A stretch of 64,000 bases of DNA from an uncultured Gemmatimonadales bacterium (GCA_963783385.1 CAWANJ010000001.1:704001-768000); one strand, 5' to 3'. Shown: positions 1 through 11,412, counted from the stretch's first letter. Numbers and translations are program-made. Notes: generated by a model not told the origin, from the letters alone.

Positions 1-1071
1 CCGGGCCAGGATGTCGCGGATCTTGTAGGCCTCCACGCCGTGGTGGAAGGCGCGGATGTGGAAGCCGAACTCGTGCGAGAGGTTGATCATCTGGACCATC
101 TCGTCGGCCCGGTAGCAGTGGATCTGCGGGAACAGGTGGCCGCGGAGCACCTCGGCCAGCGTCTCGAGCCCCAGGTCGCGCGCGGGCGGGTCGCCCTTGC
201 GACCCCCCTCGATCCACGCGTCCCACTTCTCGCGGTAGGCCCTGGCCCTGATGAAGGCCTCGCGGTAGCCGGCCACGTTGCCCATGCGGGTGGAGGGGAA
301 GCGGCCGCGGCTGCCGTACACGCGCTTGGGGTTCTCGCCGCACGCCATCTTGAGCGCCATGGGAGCGCCCGGGAACATCATGTCCTGAACGCTCCGGCCG
401 GGCACCAGCTTGAGCGTGATCCCGCGCCCCCCGATGAGGTTGGCACTGCCCGGCAGCACCTCGACCGTGGTCACGCCGGCCGCGAGGGCGCGCGTGAAGG
501 AGGGGTCCTGGGGCCACACCGAGTGCTCCGCCCACACCTGCGGAGTGGTGGGACTGGTGGCCTCGTTGCCATCCGAGTGGGCCTGGACGCCGGGGTCCGG
601 GTAGTCTCCCATGTGGGAGTGGACGTCGATGATCCCCGGGGTCACGTACCGGCCGCTCGCCTCGATCACCACCGCGCCGGGCGGCGCCTGGATCCCCTTC
701 CCCACCGCGGCGATCTCGCCGTTCTCGAGGAGCACGTCGCCGCCCTGGATCGTGCGCCCGGTGGCGGTCATCACCGTCCCGCCCCTGATCAAGGTCGGCT
801 TCGAGGGCAGGGGCCGGTAGGTGGAGCGCCACGCCCCGTTCGGCATCCCGTACAGCAGGTCGCGCGTGTCGGTGGTGTCGGTCCCGTCGGCCGCCACGGG
901 GACCGTGCCCGTCGCGGTGGTTCCGCCGACGTCCCTCGCCTGGACCCCGGCGACGTCCGACCCGGCCGCGGGCCCGCCCGCGCCGGCGGTGGCGCAGGCG
1001 GCCGCCAGCCAGGCACAGCCGGCCAGCAGGGCGGCGCGCGGGACGGCCGGGCTCGATGCTCGATTCCTCAT
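1..1071 (-). CDS. Amidohydrolase family protein, runs off window start
   Basis: Manual translation: signal/lipoprotein-like N-terminus, then LIRGGTVMT...VTPGIIDVHSH (HxH metal motif). Confidence 0.8.
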   Translation of the reverse strand, partial: MRNRASSPAVPRAALLAGCAWLAAACATAGAGGPAAGSDVAGVQARDVGGTTATGTVPVAADGTDTTDTRDLLYGMPNGAWRSTYRPLPSKPTLIRGGTVMTATGRTIQGGDVLLENGEIAAVGKGIQAPPGAVVIEASGRYVTPGIIDVHSHMGDYPDPGVQAHSDGNEATSPTTPQVWAEHSVWPQDPSFTRALAAGVTTVEVLPGSANLIGGRGITLKLVPGRSVQDMMFPGAPMALKMACGENPKRVYGSRGRFPSTRMGNVAGYREAFIRARAYREKWDAWIEGGRKGDPPARDLGLETLAEVLRGHLFPQIHCYRADEMVQMINLSHEFGFHIRAFHHGVEAYKIRDILAR

Positions 1072-1167
1072 GGGCTCTCCTCTCGAGTGGTCGTTCCGGC
1101 CGGACCCCGATCGGCGCCGGCCCATCGTACCGGCGCCCCCCGGGGGCGCCGCGCTGTGAAGGCGGCC

Positions 1168-2223
1168 TCAGGCGGCCACCCGGTAGTCCGTGAGCTCCTC
1201 GCGTCCGCCGGCGTCGAGCTCGGCCCGGATCTCCTGGCGCGCGCCCGGCGCCCCGACGGCCACCAGGACGTACGCCCCGGGCCATCGGCCGAGCTCGGCC
1301 GGCGACAACACGGGGAGCCCGTGGATCTCCTGCCCGATCTTCCTCGGGTCCACGTCGATGAACGCGGCCGCCGGGCGCCCCTGCCGGGCCAGCTCCACCG
1401 CCAGCGGCTTCCCCACGCGGCCCGCCCCCCACACCAGGAGAGCGCGTCCCTCGGGCAGCTCGCCGCGCACCAGGAAGTGCACCTTGCAGCGGCGGAACGC
1501 GTCGGGCGCATACGCGCCGGAAACCCGGGACAGCCGCCCCCGGCGCACCCTCCAGCGAAGCAGCGTCTCGGGAACCAGGTCGGCCCGCATCCCGGCCCGG
1601 TGCAGCCGGAGCAGGAGGTCGTAGTCCTCGGGCCAGCCCTGGTCACGGTAGCCGCCCAGAGCCCGCAGCGCGGAGGCGCGGATCATCAGCGTAGGATGGG
1701 CGATCGGGCACTCCACGAACAGGTCCCGCCGGAGCGCCGCGGGCCCGGCGAGGCCGTTGAGCCACCCCTGGTAACGGCGGTAGCCCATCCCCACCCGGGT
1801 GGAGGGGAACAGCTCGACCCGCGTGCCGCAGGCGGCCAGACCCGGACGCCCCGACAGGAAGTCGACCTGACGCTCGAGCCGGGAGGGGAGCGCCACGTCG
1901 TCGGCGTCCATGCGCGCCAGCAGGGGGGCGCGGGCCGCCGCCGCGGCGCGCCGGAGCGCCGCGACCACCCCCTCGCCGCCCGCGCTCCCGGCGGAGAGGA
2001 GGCGCACGCGGGCGTCACGCGCCGCCCACGCCTCCAGGAGGCCGGCCGTGCCGTCGGTTGAGCCGTCGTCGACGGCGACCACCTCGAAGTCGGTCAGCGT
2101 CTGCGCCTCGAGGCTGGCGGCGGCCTCGACGAGCCAGGCCGCGGCGTCGCGGCAGGGCAGGAGGACCGAGACGCGCGGGAGGCCCGCGCCCCGGTCCCCG
2201 GTCCACCCGCGGCCCTGGCTCAG
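1168..2223 (-). CDS. Glycosyltransferase family 2
   Basis: VSVLLPCRD...VVAVDDGSTD and RMDADD motifs; frame is open upstream of the track ORF; start uncertain (CTG overlapping upstream stop). Confidence 0.8.
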   Translation of the reverse strand: MSQGRGWTGDRGAGLPRVSVLLPCRDAAAWLVEAAASLEAQTLTDFEVVAVDDGSTDGTAGLLEAWAARDARVRLLSAGSAGGEGVVAALRRAAAAARAPLLARMDADDVALPSRLERQVDFLSGRPGLAACGTRVELFPSTRVGMGYRRYQGWLNGLAGPAALRRDLFVECPIAHPTLMIRASALRALGGYRDQGWPEDYDLLLRLHRAGMRADLVPETLLRWRVRRGRLSRVSGAYAPDAFRRCKVHFLVRGELPEGRALLVWGAGRVGKPLAVELARQGRPAAAFIDVDPRKIGQEIHGLPVLSPAELGRWPGAYVLVAVGAPGARQEIRAELDAGGREELTDYRVAA

Positions 2224-4346
2224 CTCCCGGCCTTCCCCGCGTCACCGGTGGCGGTCAGCTCCAGGGTGACGGGCCGTCCCTCGAACTCCTCCTTGACCAG
2301 CAGGTGGGGCGTCTCCTTCGTGACGTAGAACAGGATCTTCTGCCCCGCCTGGCCGGTCACCTCCACCTTGTAGACCTGGTAGGTGCCCGCCGGGACGGTC
2401 ACGCTGTCCGCGCCCGTCACCTTCGCCGACAGCTGCTGGACGCCCTGCCCCGCGGCGTAGATCGGGACCTGGAGGTCGAAGCCGTCGGCCAGCGGGCTGG
2501 CGAGCACGATGGCCACCGACGCGCTCCCGTCCAGCGTGCCGTCCGGAAGGTCCGTGTCGATCTTCTGCTCCTTCGTCTGGCCCTGCGGCGTGGGCAGCGT
2601 CGCCGTGCCCGAGACGTGCCCCGACGCGTAGTGGAGGTCGGTGGAGGCGGGCCCGCCCTGCTCGGCGGCCGAGATGGGTGTGAGGTCGCCCTGGAACACG
2701 TAGGTCCCCGTCTGGCTCCCCATGGGCGCCTGGAGCTTCTCCTCGAGCTTCCAGCTCCCCGCCTGCTCGCCCTTCCCGAGGGTCAGGGTGTAGCTGCCGA
2801 ACGACTTGCCCTGGACCATGAGGTCGTACTCGAACGACCCGGTCCGGGCCCGGCTCGCGTCCAGCTTCACCGCGGAGCGCTTCACCGCCAGGTCCGATGG
2901 CTGCAGCGGGCTCCCGTCCACGTCCTGCAGGCGAACCGGGGCGATGGCCTTCAGCTCATCGTAGAGCTTGGCGGCGTCACCCACGATCACGATGTCGAGG
3001 CTGTCGGGGTGCAGGTACTCCCTGGCCACCCGCTGCACGTCGGCCGGCTTCACCTCCGCCACCCTGTCGCGGTAGCTCTCCAGGTAGCCGATCCCGAGGC
3101 CGCGCAGGAGGGCGTCCGCCACCTGCGAGGCCACCTGCTCGGGCGTTTCGATCGCGATCGGGAAGTGCCCGGTGAGGTAGTCCTCGGCCGTCTGCACCTC
3201 CGAGTCCGGCACCGTCTGCATCCGCATGCGCCGGATCTGGTGGAGCATCTCGTTCACCGAGCTGTCCGTAACGGGCGTCCTCACCTGGGCCGTGGCCACG
3301 AAGTACCCCCTGTCGCGGGGGCTGGTGATCTGGCTGTAGGCCCCGTACGTCCACCCCTTCTGCTCGCGCAGGATGAGGAAGAGGCGCGCGTTGGCGCCGC
3401 CGCCCAGGATCCGGTTCATCACGTCGAGGGGGATCGCGTCGGGGTTGTCGGGCCGGATGGCCAGGTTCCCCATCCAGATCTCCGACTGCACCGAGCCGGG
3501 CCGGTTGATGAGGGTGATCGAGGTCGGGCTCGGCGCCGGCGGCGCGGGCGGGGTGGCCCGCGCCGGCGCCTTCCCGCTCCAGTCGCCGAAGTACTTCTCG
3601 GCGGCCTGGCGCGCCCCGGCCAGGTCGATGTCCCCGGCGAACACGAGCAGGGCGCCCGAAGGGTCGTAGCGCGCGGCGTGGAACGCCTCGATGTCCTGAC
3701 GGGTGATGGCCTTGACGCTCTCGGGCGTGGGCGCGTTCGCGTAGGGGTGCTTCCCGTACACCTCCCTGGAGAACTGGCGCCCGGCCAGGACGGAGGGCTG
3801 GCTGAGCTGGACCTGGAGGCCGGAGAGCTCGCGCTTACGCATGGTCTCGAGCTGGTCGTCCGGGAAGGTCGGATTCCGCACCACATCCGAGAAGATCTCG
3901 AGCACCGCGGGCAGGTGCTTCGTGAGGGTGGTGGCGGCCACGTAGGTGAAGTCGTCGTCCGCCCCCTCGTTCAGGGAGGCGCCGACCCCCTCCACCGCGG
4001 AGGCGATCTGGTCCGCGCTGCGCGTCTTGGTGCCCTTGTCGAGGAGCGAGGCCGTCATGTCGGCCAGCCCCGCCTCGTGCTCGGGATCGGCCGTGGCGCC
4101 GGCGGGGAGGTAGAGCCGCACCGATACGACGGGCTGCTCGTGGTTCTCGATCACCACCAGCCGGAGGCCGTTGGAGAGCGTGTCCCGGCCGACGGCCGGG
4201 AAGTGCACCGGCTTGGCCTTCAGGGGCGGGGGCGCCTTGGACGGGAAGCCCTGCTGGGCCGCCAGGCCGGCCGGGGCCGCCAGGAGGCCCGCCGTCCCGA
4301 GGAGAAGCAGCGAGGAGAGGACCGAGGTTCGACGTGCGGCGCTCAT
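2220..4346 (-). CDS. M16 (pitrilysin-like) peptidase, non-catalytic subunit with C-terminal extension
   Basis: LSNGLRLVVIE, RLFLILREQKGWTYG; no HxxEH; signal peptide. Confidence 0.8.
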   Translation of the reverse strand: MSAARRTSVLSSLLLLGTAGLLAAPAGLAAQQGFPSKAPPPLKAKPVHFPAVGRDTLSNGLRLVVIENHEQPVVSVRLYLPAGATADPEHEAGLADMTASLLDKGTKTRSADQIASAVEGVGASLNEGADDDFTYVAATTLTKHLPAVLEIFSDVVRNPTFPDDQLETMRKRELSGLQVQLSQPSVLAGRQFSREVYGKHPYANAPTPESVKAITRQDIEAFHAARYDPSGALLVFAGDIDLAGARQAAEKYFGDWSGKAPARATPPAPPAPSPTSITLINRPGSVQSEIWMGNLAIRPDNPDAIPLDVMNRILGGGANARLFLILREQKGWTYGAYSQITSPRDRGYFVATAQVRTPVTDSSVNEMLHQIRRMRMQTVPDSEVQTAEDYLTGHFPIAIETPEQVASQVADALLRGLGIGYLESYRDRVAEVKPADVQRVAREYLHPDSLDIVIVGDAAKLYDELKAIAPVRLQDVDGSPLQPSDLAVKRSAVKLDASRARTGSFEYDLMVQGKSFGSYTLTLGKGEQAGSWKLEEKLQAPMGSQTGTYVFQGDLTPISAAEQGGPASTDLHYASGHVSGTATLPTPQGQTKEQKIDTDLPDGTLDGSASVAIVLASPLADGFDLQVPIYAAGQGVQQLSAKVTGADSVTVPAGTYQVYKVEVTGQAGQKILFYVTKETPHLLVKEEFEGRPVTLELTATGDAGKAGS

Positions 4347-5728
4347 CGGTCACCTCCCTTCGACGGCAGGTCGAACACGACGCTCATGTTGTCGCGGACG
4401 AAGTACTTGTCGATCACCCGCTTCAGGTCGTCCACCGTCACCGCCTCGTAGCGCGCCAGGTCCCCGTTCACCTCCGAGAGCCCGGGGCGGAAGAGCGCAT
4501 AGTGCTGCAGCGCCTCCGCCTTGCTGAGGTCCGTCTGGTGGCCCTCCACGAAGTCGGCCTCGAAGGTGTTCTTGGCCTTCCGCAGCTCCGCCTCGGTGGG
4601 CGGGTCGGTCTTCAGACGCTGCACCTGCGCCTCCATGAGCGTCAGCAGGGAGTCGGCGCCCACGCCCTGGTTGGCGAGCGCGAAGCCGAAGAACAGGGAC
4701 GGGCCCACCCGCGAGGAGAGCGCGGCCGAGGCCTGGAGGGCCGCGCCCGCGTCGTTCACCACCGCCCGGTACAGCCGGGAGCTCTGGCCCTGCCCGAACA
4801 GCACGGCCAGGAGGGCGAGCGGATAGTGGTCCGCCGAGGAGTCGGGCGGCACGCGGTAGCTCCAGATGACGGCCGGGACGTTGGCCTTGGTGTCGAGCAC
4901 CGTGTCCATCCGGAAGCCGGGCGAATAGCTCACCGTGCAGGTCGCCGGCGGCGGAGTGGCGGCCTTCGGGATCCCGCCGAAGTACTGCTGGATGAAGCTC
5001 TTCACCTGGGCGGGATCGAAGTCGCCGACCACGGTGAGGGTGGCGTTGTTGGGCTGGTAGTAGGTGGCGTGGAACGCCTTCACGTCCTCGAGCGTGGCGG
5101 CCGTGACGTCCTGGATGGAGCCCGAGGGCGGGTGCGCGTAGCCGGGGCAGCCGATGCCTTCGTACGGGACCGTGTACTGGGAGGCCAGGAAGGCCTTCGA
5201 GTACGGCTGGTTGTTGATCCGCTGGCGCAGCTCCTCGGAGACCGTCTTCTGCTGGTTCTCCAGGTTGGTCTGGTTCACGGCCAGCGACCGCATGCGGTCC
5301 GCCTCCATCCACAGCGCCAGGTTCACCCGGTCGGCGGGGATGATCTCGAAGTAGTTGGTGCGGTCCTCGGTGGTCGATCCGTTCACCGACCCGCCCACCG
5401 CCTCGATGCGGGTGAGGTGCTCGGTCTTCCCCACGTGCGCCGAGCCCTGGAACATCATGTGCTCGAACAGGTGGGCGAAGCCGTACCGGCCCTTCGTCTC
5501 GTTGCGCGCCCCCACGTGGTACCAGATGTCCACCGCCACGATGGGCGTGGAGTGGTCCTCGGAGAGGATCACCTGGAGCCCGTTCGGGAGGTCGTAGGTC
5601 TGGTAGGGGATCGCGCCGGGAGCCAAGCCGCGGTCGGCCTGCTGGGCGTGGAGCGGCCCGGAGAGGGTCGCGGCCGCCAGCGCGGCGAGCGCCAGCGACG
5701 CCGGTCTCCTCACGACGTGGAGCTTCAT
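4343..5728 (-). CDS. M16 peptidase, catalytic subunit
   Basis: GFAHLFEHMMFQGS (HxxEH); signal peptide; overlaps partner gene. Confidence 0.9.
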   Translation of the reverse strand: MKLHVVRRPASLALAALAAATLSGPLHAQQADRGLAPGAIPYQTYDLPNGLQVILSEDHSTPIVAVDIWYHVGARNETKGRYGFAHLFEHMMFQGSAHVGKTEHLTRIEAVGGSVNGSTTEDRTNYFEIIPADRVNLALWMEADRMRSLAVNQTNLENQQKTVSEELRQRINNQPYSKAFLASQYTVPYEGIGCPGYAHPPSGSIQDVTAATLEDVKAFHATYYQPNNATLTVVGDFDPAQVKSFIQQYFGGIPKAATPPPATCTVSYSPGFRMDTVLDTKANVPAVIWSYRVPPDSSADHYPLALLAVLFGQGQSSRLYRAVVNDAGAALQASAALSSRVGPSLFFGFALANQGVGADSLLTLMEAQVQRLKTDPPTEAELRKAKNTFEADFVEGHQTDLSKAEALQHYALFRPGLSEVNGDLARYEAVTVDDLKRVIDKYFVRDNMSVVFDLPSKGGDR

Positions 5729-5845
5729 GGGTCCTCCTGACGAGGCAGGGACGGAACGTGGGGGCCTGGGTGACCCGTCAATGTAGTCGAACACTCTTTT
5801 CGAAACAGCCGGGCGCGGCGAACCGTTGAACCGGAGCCCGCGGCC

Positions 5846-8710
5846 TCAGCCGGCGGCGCGGTCCTCCCGTGGCCGGGCGCGCTCGCCGCGCAGGTAGGCC
5901 CCCGTGAGGGAGTCGGGGGCGGCGGCGATCGCGTCGGGCGGGCCCTGGGCCACGATGCGGCCCCCCTCGGCCGCCGCGCCCGGGCCCAGGTCCAGGATCC
6001 AGTCGGCGCTCCGGACCACGGCCAGGTCGTGCTCGACCACCACGACCGTGTGCCCCGCCGACACGAGCTCGTCCAGCACCCGGACGAGCTGGCCGACCTC
6101 CCCCAGGCCGAGCCCCACGGTGGGCTCGTCCAGGATGTAGAGCCGCCGGCCGGAGCCGGAGGCCCCGGCCAGCTCGCGGGCCACCTTGAGCCGCTGCGCC
6201 TCGCCGCCCGACAGGGTGGTGGCGGGCTGGCCGAGCCTCAGGTACCCGAGCCCCACCCGCTGCAGCTGCCAGAGCGCCTCCCCCACCCGGTCCTGGCGCA
6301 GGAAGAAGCGAATGGCCTCGTCCACGGTGAGCTGCAGGACGTCGTGGATGTTCAGGCCCCTGTACTCCACCTCCAGGAGCTCGTCCCGGTAGCGCTTCCC
6401 CCCGCACGCCTCGCACGGCGTGGACACGTCGGCCATGAACACCATGTCGACCTGTTCCTCGCCGGCCCCCTTGCACACCTCGCAGCGCCCGCCCTTCACG
6501 TTGAAGCTGAAGTGCCCCGGCGTGTAGTCGCGGCTGCGCGACAGCGGCTGCTCGGCGAACAGCTCGCGGATGGGATCGAACGCCTTGATGTAGGTGACCG
6601 GGTTGGAGCGCGGCGTGCGTCCGATGGGGCTCTGGTCGACCAGCACGACGTCGTCCAGCGCCCTCGCCCCGAGGAGCGCCTCGTAACGACCCACCTCTTC
6701 GCCCAGGTGCTCCCTGGCGCTGGTCACGCCGTGCAGCTCGCGCTCGAGGGCGTGGAACAGGAGGTCGTGCACGAGGGTGGACTTGCCCGAGCCCGACACG
6801 CCGGTGACCACCGTGAGAGAGCCGAGCGGGATGCGCGCGTCGAGGCCCTGGATGTTGTGGAGGGCGGCACCGCGGAGCTCGAGCCAGCGCCCGCCGGGCT
6901 TTCGGCGCTTGCGGAGCGCCCGCTCCTCGCGGCCCGCGAGCAGCCGGCCGGTCGTGGTGTCGGCCTCCAGCAGCCGGTCCCAGGAGCCCTCGAACACGAC
7001 CCGGCCGCCGCGCTCTCCCGAGCCCGGCCCCAGCTCCACGATCCGGTCGGAGACGCGCAGGGCCTCGGGCTCGTGCTCGACCATGAGCACCGTGTTGCCG
7101 CCGTCCCGAAGCCCGACGAGGACGTCCAGGAAGCGGTCCACGTCGTGAGGGTGGAGGCCGATGGTGGGCTCGTCGAGCACGTACAGCGTCTCCACCAGCC
7201 GGCTCCCGAGGCAGCTGGCCAGCCGGATGCGCTGCATCTCGCCCCCGGACAGGGAGCGGGCCTGGCGGTCCAGGGTCAGGTAGCCGAGCCCCACCTGGTC
7301 CAGGAAGCGGAGCCGGTCGGAGAGCTCCTCCAGGATCCGCTCGGCCACGCGGCGCTCGAACGTCTCGAGCTCCAGCTCGGCCAGCCACGCCCGGAGCGCC
7401 TCGACCGTAAGGGCGGCGGCTTCCGCGATCGTCTTCCCGCCCACGCGGACGTGCAGGGCCTCGTCCCGCAGCCGGGTCCCGCCGCAGGCGAAGCAGCGCA
7501 CCGGCCGCTGGTAGCCGCGCAGGAAGACCCGGATGTAGCGCTTGTACTTGTAGCGCTCCCGGGAGCGCAGGAAGGGGAGGACGCCCTCGAAGTCGTCGCT
7601 CCCCTCGAGGAGCTCGCGCCGCACGTCCTCCGCCAGCGACTCGAAGGGTACGTCGGCCGGAATGCCGCGCTCGCGGGCGAACTCGCGCAGCCGCGCTCGC
7701 TGGCGGTCGTAGCGCGGCTTGCTCCACGGATCGAGCGCCCCTTCCTCCAGAGTCCGGGACGGGTCGGGGACGATGAGGTCCTCGTCGTACTCGAGCGTGG
7801 CCCCGAACCCGCGGCACTCGGGACAGGCCCCGTGCGGGCTGTTGAAGCTGAACAGCGAGGGGCGCGGCTCGGGGAACTCGCGGCCGCACCCGGCGCAGCG
7901 GAAGGACTCGCTGAACGGATGGCGGGCCACCTCGCGCGCGGCGCCGGCCTCGTCCCGCTCGACCTGGAGCACGAAGGCGGTCTCCTCCCCCTCGGCGAAG
8001 GCGGCGGCGAGCGCGTCGGCCAGCCGCTCGCGACCGTCCGGGTCCACGACCAACCGGTCCACCACCACCAGGAGCTCCTCGGCGGCGGCCAGGTCGGGGG
8101 CGGGGGCCGCGTCCTCGCCCTCCTCGCCCTCCTCGCCCTCCAGGTCGGGCAGGTAGAGCTCCTCTCCATCGGCCCGCACCCGCAGGTAGCCCTGCGCCTG
8201 GAGGTTGGAGACGGCGACCGCGTGGGTGATCTCCCCGGAGAGGACGAGCGGGAAGGCCACCTCGATGCGGGTGTCGGGCTCCAGGGCGAGGACCGCGTCC
8301 ACGGCGGAGGCGACCGTGTCCGGCACCACCCGGATGCCGCACTCCGGGCACCAGGTCCGGCCCGAGCGCGCCCACAGGAGCCGCATGTAGTCATACACCT
8401 CGGTCACGGTGCCCACCGTGGAGCGGCTGGTCTGCACGGTGTTGCGCTGGTCGATGGCGACCGAGGGGCTCACCCCCTCCAGACGGTCCACGGCCGGCTT
8501 CTCCATGCGCTCCAGGAACTGCTTGGCGTAGGTGGACAGCGACTCGATGTAGCGGCGCTGACCCTCGGCGTAGACGGTGTCGAAGGCGAGGCTGGACTTG
8601 CCCGAGCCCGACGGGCCCGTGAGCACGGTCAGGGCCCGGCGCGGGATGTCGAGGTCGATCCCCTTGAGGTTGTGCTGTCGCGCCCCGAGGACGCGGATCA
8701 CGTCGGTCAC
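5846..8710 (-). CDS. uvrA: Excinuclease ABC subunit A (UvrA family)
   Basis: GARQHNLK, two Walker A motifs (GSGKS), LSGGE signatures, Zn fingers. Confidence 0.92.
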   Translation of the reverse strand: MTDVIRVLGARQHNLKGIDLDIPRRALTVLTGPSGSGKSSLAFDTVYAEGQRRYIESLSTYAKQFLERMEKPAVDRLEGVSPSVAIDQRNTVQTSRSTVGTVTEVYDYMRLLWARSGRTWCPECGIRVVPDTVASAVDAVLALEPDTRIEVAFPLVLSGEITHAVAVSNLQAQGYLRVRADGEELYLPDLEGEEGEEGEDAAPAPDLAAAEELLVVVDRLVVDPDGRERLADALAAAFAEGEETAFVLQVERDEAGAAREVARHPFSESFRCAGCGREFPEPRPSLFSFNSPHGACPECRGFGATLEYDEDLIVPDPSRTLEEGALDPWSKPRYDRQRARLREFARERGIPADVPFESLAEDVRRELLEGSDDFEGVLPFLRSRERYKYKRYIRVFLRGYQRPVRCFACGGTRLRDEALHVRVGGKTIAEAAALTVEALRAWLAELELETFERRVAERILEELSDRLRFLDQVGLGYLTLDRQARSLSGGEMQRIRLASCLGSRLVETLYVLDEPTIGLHPHDVDRFLDVLVGLRDGGNTVLMVEHEPEALRVSDRIVELGPGSGERGGRVVFEGSWDRLLEADTTTGRLLAGREERALRKRRKPGGRWLELRGAALHNIQGLDARIPLGSLTVVTGVSGSGKSTLVHDLLFHALERELHGVTSAREHLGEEVGRYEALLGARALDDVVLVDQSPIGRTPRSNPVTYIKAFDPIRELFAEQPLSRSRDYTPGHFSFNVKGGRCEVCKGAGEEQVDMVFMADVSTPCEACGGKRYRDELLEVEYRGLNIHDVLQLTVDEAIRFFLRQDRVGEALWQLQRVGLGYLRLGQPATTLSGGEAQRLKVARELAGASGSGRRLYILDEPTVGLGLGEVGQLVRVLDELVSAGHTVVVVEHDLAVVRSADWILDLGPGAAAEGGRIVAQGPPDAIAAAPDSLTGAYLRGERARPREDRAAG

Positions 8711-8893
8711 GGAATCCTTCTGCGGTGGCGGGAGGCGCCGCCCGGAGCGGCGCGCCCGGAGGTCACGGTGAGTGGTGTCCTGGATGATACTCCACCGGGG
8801 TCCCGGGTTCACGCTGCGGGAACGCGAAATGCATTCCTGGGGGGCGGAAGGCGTCGCGCGCGACAGCGGCGGCGCAGCGGAAAGGAGCTTCAC

Positions 8894-9316
8894 ATGAAGA
8901 ATCTACGACGCACGACTTCAATGGGGGCCGCGGCGGCCCTCGCACTCGGAACACTGGGCCTGGCGGGCTGCGCTACCGCGAGCGGCGGCGCGCCGGCGAG
9001 CCAGACCGCCGTGAAGGTCGAACCGGCCCCCACGGTGCGGATCATCAACGACCGCACCACGCCCATGCAGGTGAGCCTGTTCGGCGACGGCCAGTCGACC
9101 TTTCTCGGGACCGTGCCCGTGCAGGACACGCTGAGGAGCCGGATCCCGGAGACGCTGCTGGCCACCACGCGGGAGATCCGGCTGACCACGAGCCCGCTGG
9201 GCGGAGGGCCGGCCCGGACCTCCGAGCCGGTCTACGTCGACTCGTCCGATCCGGTCATCCAGTGGACGCTGATCCCGATGGGAGCGCCGGCGCCCATGGT
9301 GCTGTCCGGCAATTGA
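8894..9316 (+). CDS. Putative lipoprotein
   Basis: AAGGAG RBS, hydrophobic leader with LAGC lipobox. Confidence 0.7.
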   Translation: MKNLRRTTSMGAAAALALGTLGLAGCATASGGAPASQTAVKVEPAPTVRIINDRTTPMQVSLFGDGQSTFLGTVPVQDTLRSRIPETLLATTREIRLTTSPLGGGPARTSEPVYVDSSDPVIQWTLIPMGAPAPMVLSGN

Positions 9317-9361
9317 GCGCTCCGGCACGGAGCGCCGCGTCCCGGCGGGCCGCGCCCGGCC

Positions 9362-9390
9362 TTGACATTGCATGTTACAACATGTATCAT
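9362..9390 (+). promoter_or_regulatory. Sigma70 promoter of marR with overlapping palindromic operator
   Basis: TTGACA (9362-9367), 17 bp, TATCAT (9385-9390); palindrome CATGTT-AC-AACATG at 9371-9384. Confidence 0.75.
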
Positions 9391-9396
9391 GGCCGC

Positions 9397-9864
9397 ATGA
9401 CGATGCGCCTTCAGGACGAGATCAAGCAGTCGAAGCCGTTCGGGCGGCCGGAGGTCGAGGCGCTCCTCAGCGTTCTCAGGACCTCCGCGCTGGTCGAGCA
9501 CGCGCTCGGCCAGACGCTCAAGCCGTTCGGCCTCACGCACACGCAGTACAACGTGCTGCGCATCCTGCGGGGCGCCGGGGAGGACGGGCTGTGCGGCCGG
9601 GAGGTGGGCGAGCGCCTCGTGTCCCCGGTGCCGGACGTGTCCCGGCTCCTGGACCGACTCTCCGAGGACGGCCTGCTGGCCCGTCACCGGGACCCCAGCG
9701 ACCGGCGTCACGTGAAGGCGACGCTGACGGCCGAGGGCCGGCGTACGCTCGAGCGGGCGACCCCCGCCCTCGAGGCCCTGCAGACGCGCTGGTTCGGCAA
9801 CCTGGACCGGGACCGGCTCCGGGCGCTGATCGAGGCGCTGGGCACGGTCCGCGCGGCGGGCTAG
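9397..9864 (+). CDS. MarR family transcriptional regulator
   Basis: GLTHTQYNVLRILRG...SRLLDRL...DRR...LTAEG winged-helix pattern. Confidence 0.9.
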   Translation: MTMRLQDEIKQSKPFGRPEVEALLSVLRTSALVEHALGQTLKPFGLTHTQYNVLRILRGAGEDGLCGREVGERLVSPVPDVSRLLDRLSEDGLLARHRDPSDRRHVKATLTAEGRRTLERATPALEALQTRWFGNLDRDRLRALIEALGTVRAAG

Positions 9865-9949
9865 AGAGCCGTTGGAGAGCTGGGCGCGGCCGGGTCGCGC
9901 GCCCTGCGGGTCCAGCCCCAACCAGACGCGGCTTGTTCGTCCCGGTATG

Positions 9950-9977
9950 CTTGTTGCAACATACATGTTGACACATA
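9950..9977 (+). promoter_or_regulatory. Two tandem degenerate copies of the MarR operator upstream of doxX
   Basis: CTTGTTGCAACATA and CATGTTGACACATA resemble CATGTTACAACATG; AT-rich patch in GC-rich DNA. Confidence 0.55.
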
Positions 9978-9997
9978 TAACTCCGGAGGGTAACCCC

Positions 9998-10546
9998 ATG
10001 TCGACACTGTACACGCAGGGTCCGGCGGTCCTGGCGATCGGACTGTTCGCGGTCCGGCTCATCCTGGGCCTGGGACTGGCGGCGCACGGGGCCCAGAAGC
10101 TGTTCGGCTGGTTCGGAGGCTACGGTCTGGAGGGCACGGGTGGCTTCTTCGAGAGCCTGGGCTTCCGGCCCGGACGGACGTTCGCGGCCCTGGCGGGGCT
10201 GGGCGAGCTGGGCGGCGGACTGCTCACCGCGGCCGGCTTCCTGGGCCCGATCGGCCCGGCCATCATGATCCTGGTCATGCTGGTGGCCATCCTGGCCGTG
10301 CACCGGCCCAACGGCTTCTTCGCCTCGGACGACGGCATTGAGCTGCCGCTGCTGTTCGCCACCGGCGCCCTGGCGGTCGCGGTGGCCGGCCCGGGCGTGA
10401 TCTCGCTGGACGCCCTGTTCGGGCTCGAGGCGCTGTGGGCGCCGGCGGTGGTGTGGATCTCGCTGGCGGCGGCCTTGCTGATGGCGCTCGGCAACGTGGC
10501 GCTGCGGAGACCCACCGCGGGCGCCGGCAAGACGGCGGAAGCGTGA
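9998..10546 (+). CDS. DoxX family membrane protein
   Basis: RLILGLGLAAHGAQKLFGWFGG motif. Confidence 0.88.
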   Translation: MSTLYTQGPAVLAIGLFAVRLILGLGLAAHGAQKLFGWFGGYGLEGTGGFFESLGFRPGRTFAALAGLGELGGGLLTAAGFLGPIGPAIMILVMLVAILAVHRPNGFFASDDGIELPLLFATGALAVAVAGPGVISLDALFGLEALWAPAVVWISLAAALLMALGNVALRRPTAGAGKTAEA

Positions 10547-11412
10547 GCCTCCGGGTCCTGGGGATCCCGGGCAGCCTCCGCGGCGGCTCCTACAACCGCC
10601 GCCTGCTGGAGGCCGCCCGGGAGATGGCCCCCGACGGCATCGAGATCGAGGTCTTCGATCTGGCCGGGATCCCGCTGTACGACGCGGACCTCGACACGGA
10701 CGAGGCCCGTCCTGGAGCCGTGGAGCGCCTCAAGACGTCGATCGGAGAGGCGGACGCGGTCCTGTTCGCCACGCCCGAGTACAACCACTCCGTCCCGGGC
10801 GTGCTCAAGAACGCCATCGACTGGGCCTCCAGGCCCGCGGGGCGCTCGCCGCTGCGCGGCAAGCCCGTGGCCATGATGGGCGCCTCGCCCGGCGCCGTGG
10901 GGACGGCGCGGGCGCAGATGCACCTGGAGTCCGTGCTGCTGGCCACCCTGGCCCGTCCCCTGCCCCACCCCGGCGTTCTGGTGGGCGGAGCGAAGGAGAA
11001 GTTCGACGCGGACGGGCGGCTGGTGCACGAGTCGACCCGACTCTTCCTGCGGAGCTTCCTGGAGGAGCTGTCGGCGTGGACGCGGAAGGTGGCGGGCGGG
11101 CGCGACGCCGCGGCCGGAGGCGATGCGGGGCGTGCGTCCCCCGATGCCTCGCGCGCGAGCTCCGGCGAGAAGCGCCCGGCGGCGCCGGCGCCGAAGCCGG
11201 TCGGCGCCGCGGCTTCGTTCAGCGGTCCTGCTGCGACGCCTCCTGCAGCGACTCGACCAGGGGCTCGGGTGTCACGCCATAGTACCGGCGCACGATGGCG
11301 CTCCACTCTGACACGAATCGATTCAACACGTATGGATCGGTGTGGACCCAGCACCAGCGGGCCGGCTCCACCCACGCCGCGGCGTAGCCCAGGTCGTTCG
11401 AGCCATACTTGA
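10543..11412 (+). CDS. NADPH-dependent FMN reductase; 3' end probably overextended
   Basis: [27 protein letters not shown]; domain ends near 11090, and the low-complexity tail overlaps the opposite-strand gene. Confidence 0.85.
   Translation: MSLRVLGIPGSLRGGSYNRRLLEAAREMAPDGIEIEVFDLAGIPLYDADLDTDEARPGAVERLKTSIGEADAVLFATPEYNHSVPGVLKNAIDWASRPAGRSPLRGKPVAMMGASPGAVGTARAQMHLESVLLATLARPLPHPGVLVGGAKEKFDADGRLVHESTRLFLRSFLEELSAWTRKVAGGRDAAAGGDAGRASPDASRASSGEKRPAAPAPKPVGAAASFSGPAATPPAATRPGARVSRHSTGARWRSTLTRIDSTRMDRCGPSTSGPAPPTPRRSPGRSSHT

Noticed and set aside
11090-11412. Genuine C-terminal extension of the FMN reductase overlapping the C1 peptidase
   Set aside because: Low-complexity tail in an indel-prone assembly; more likely a missed stop.
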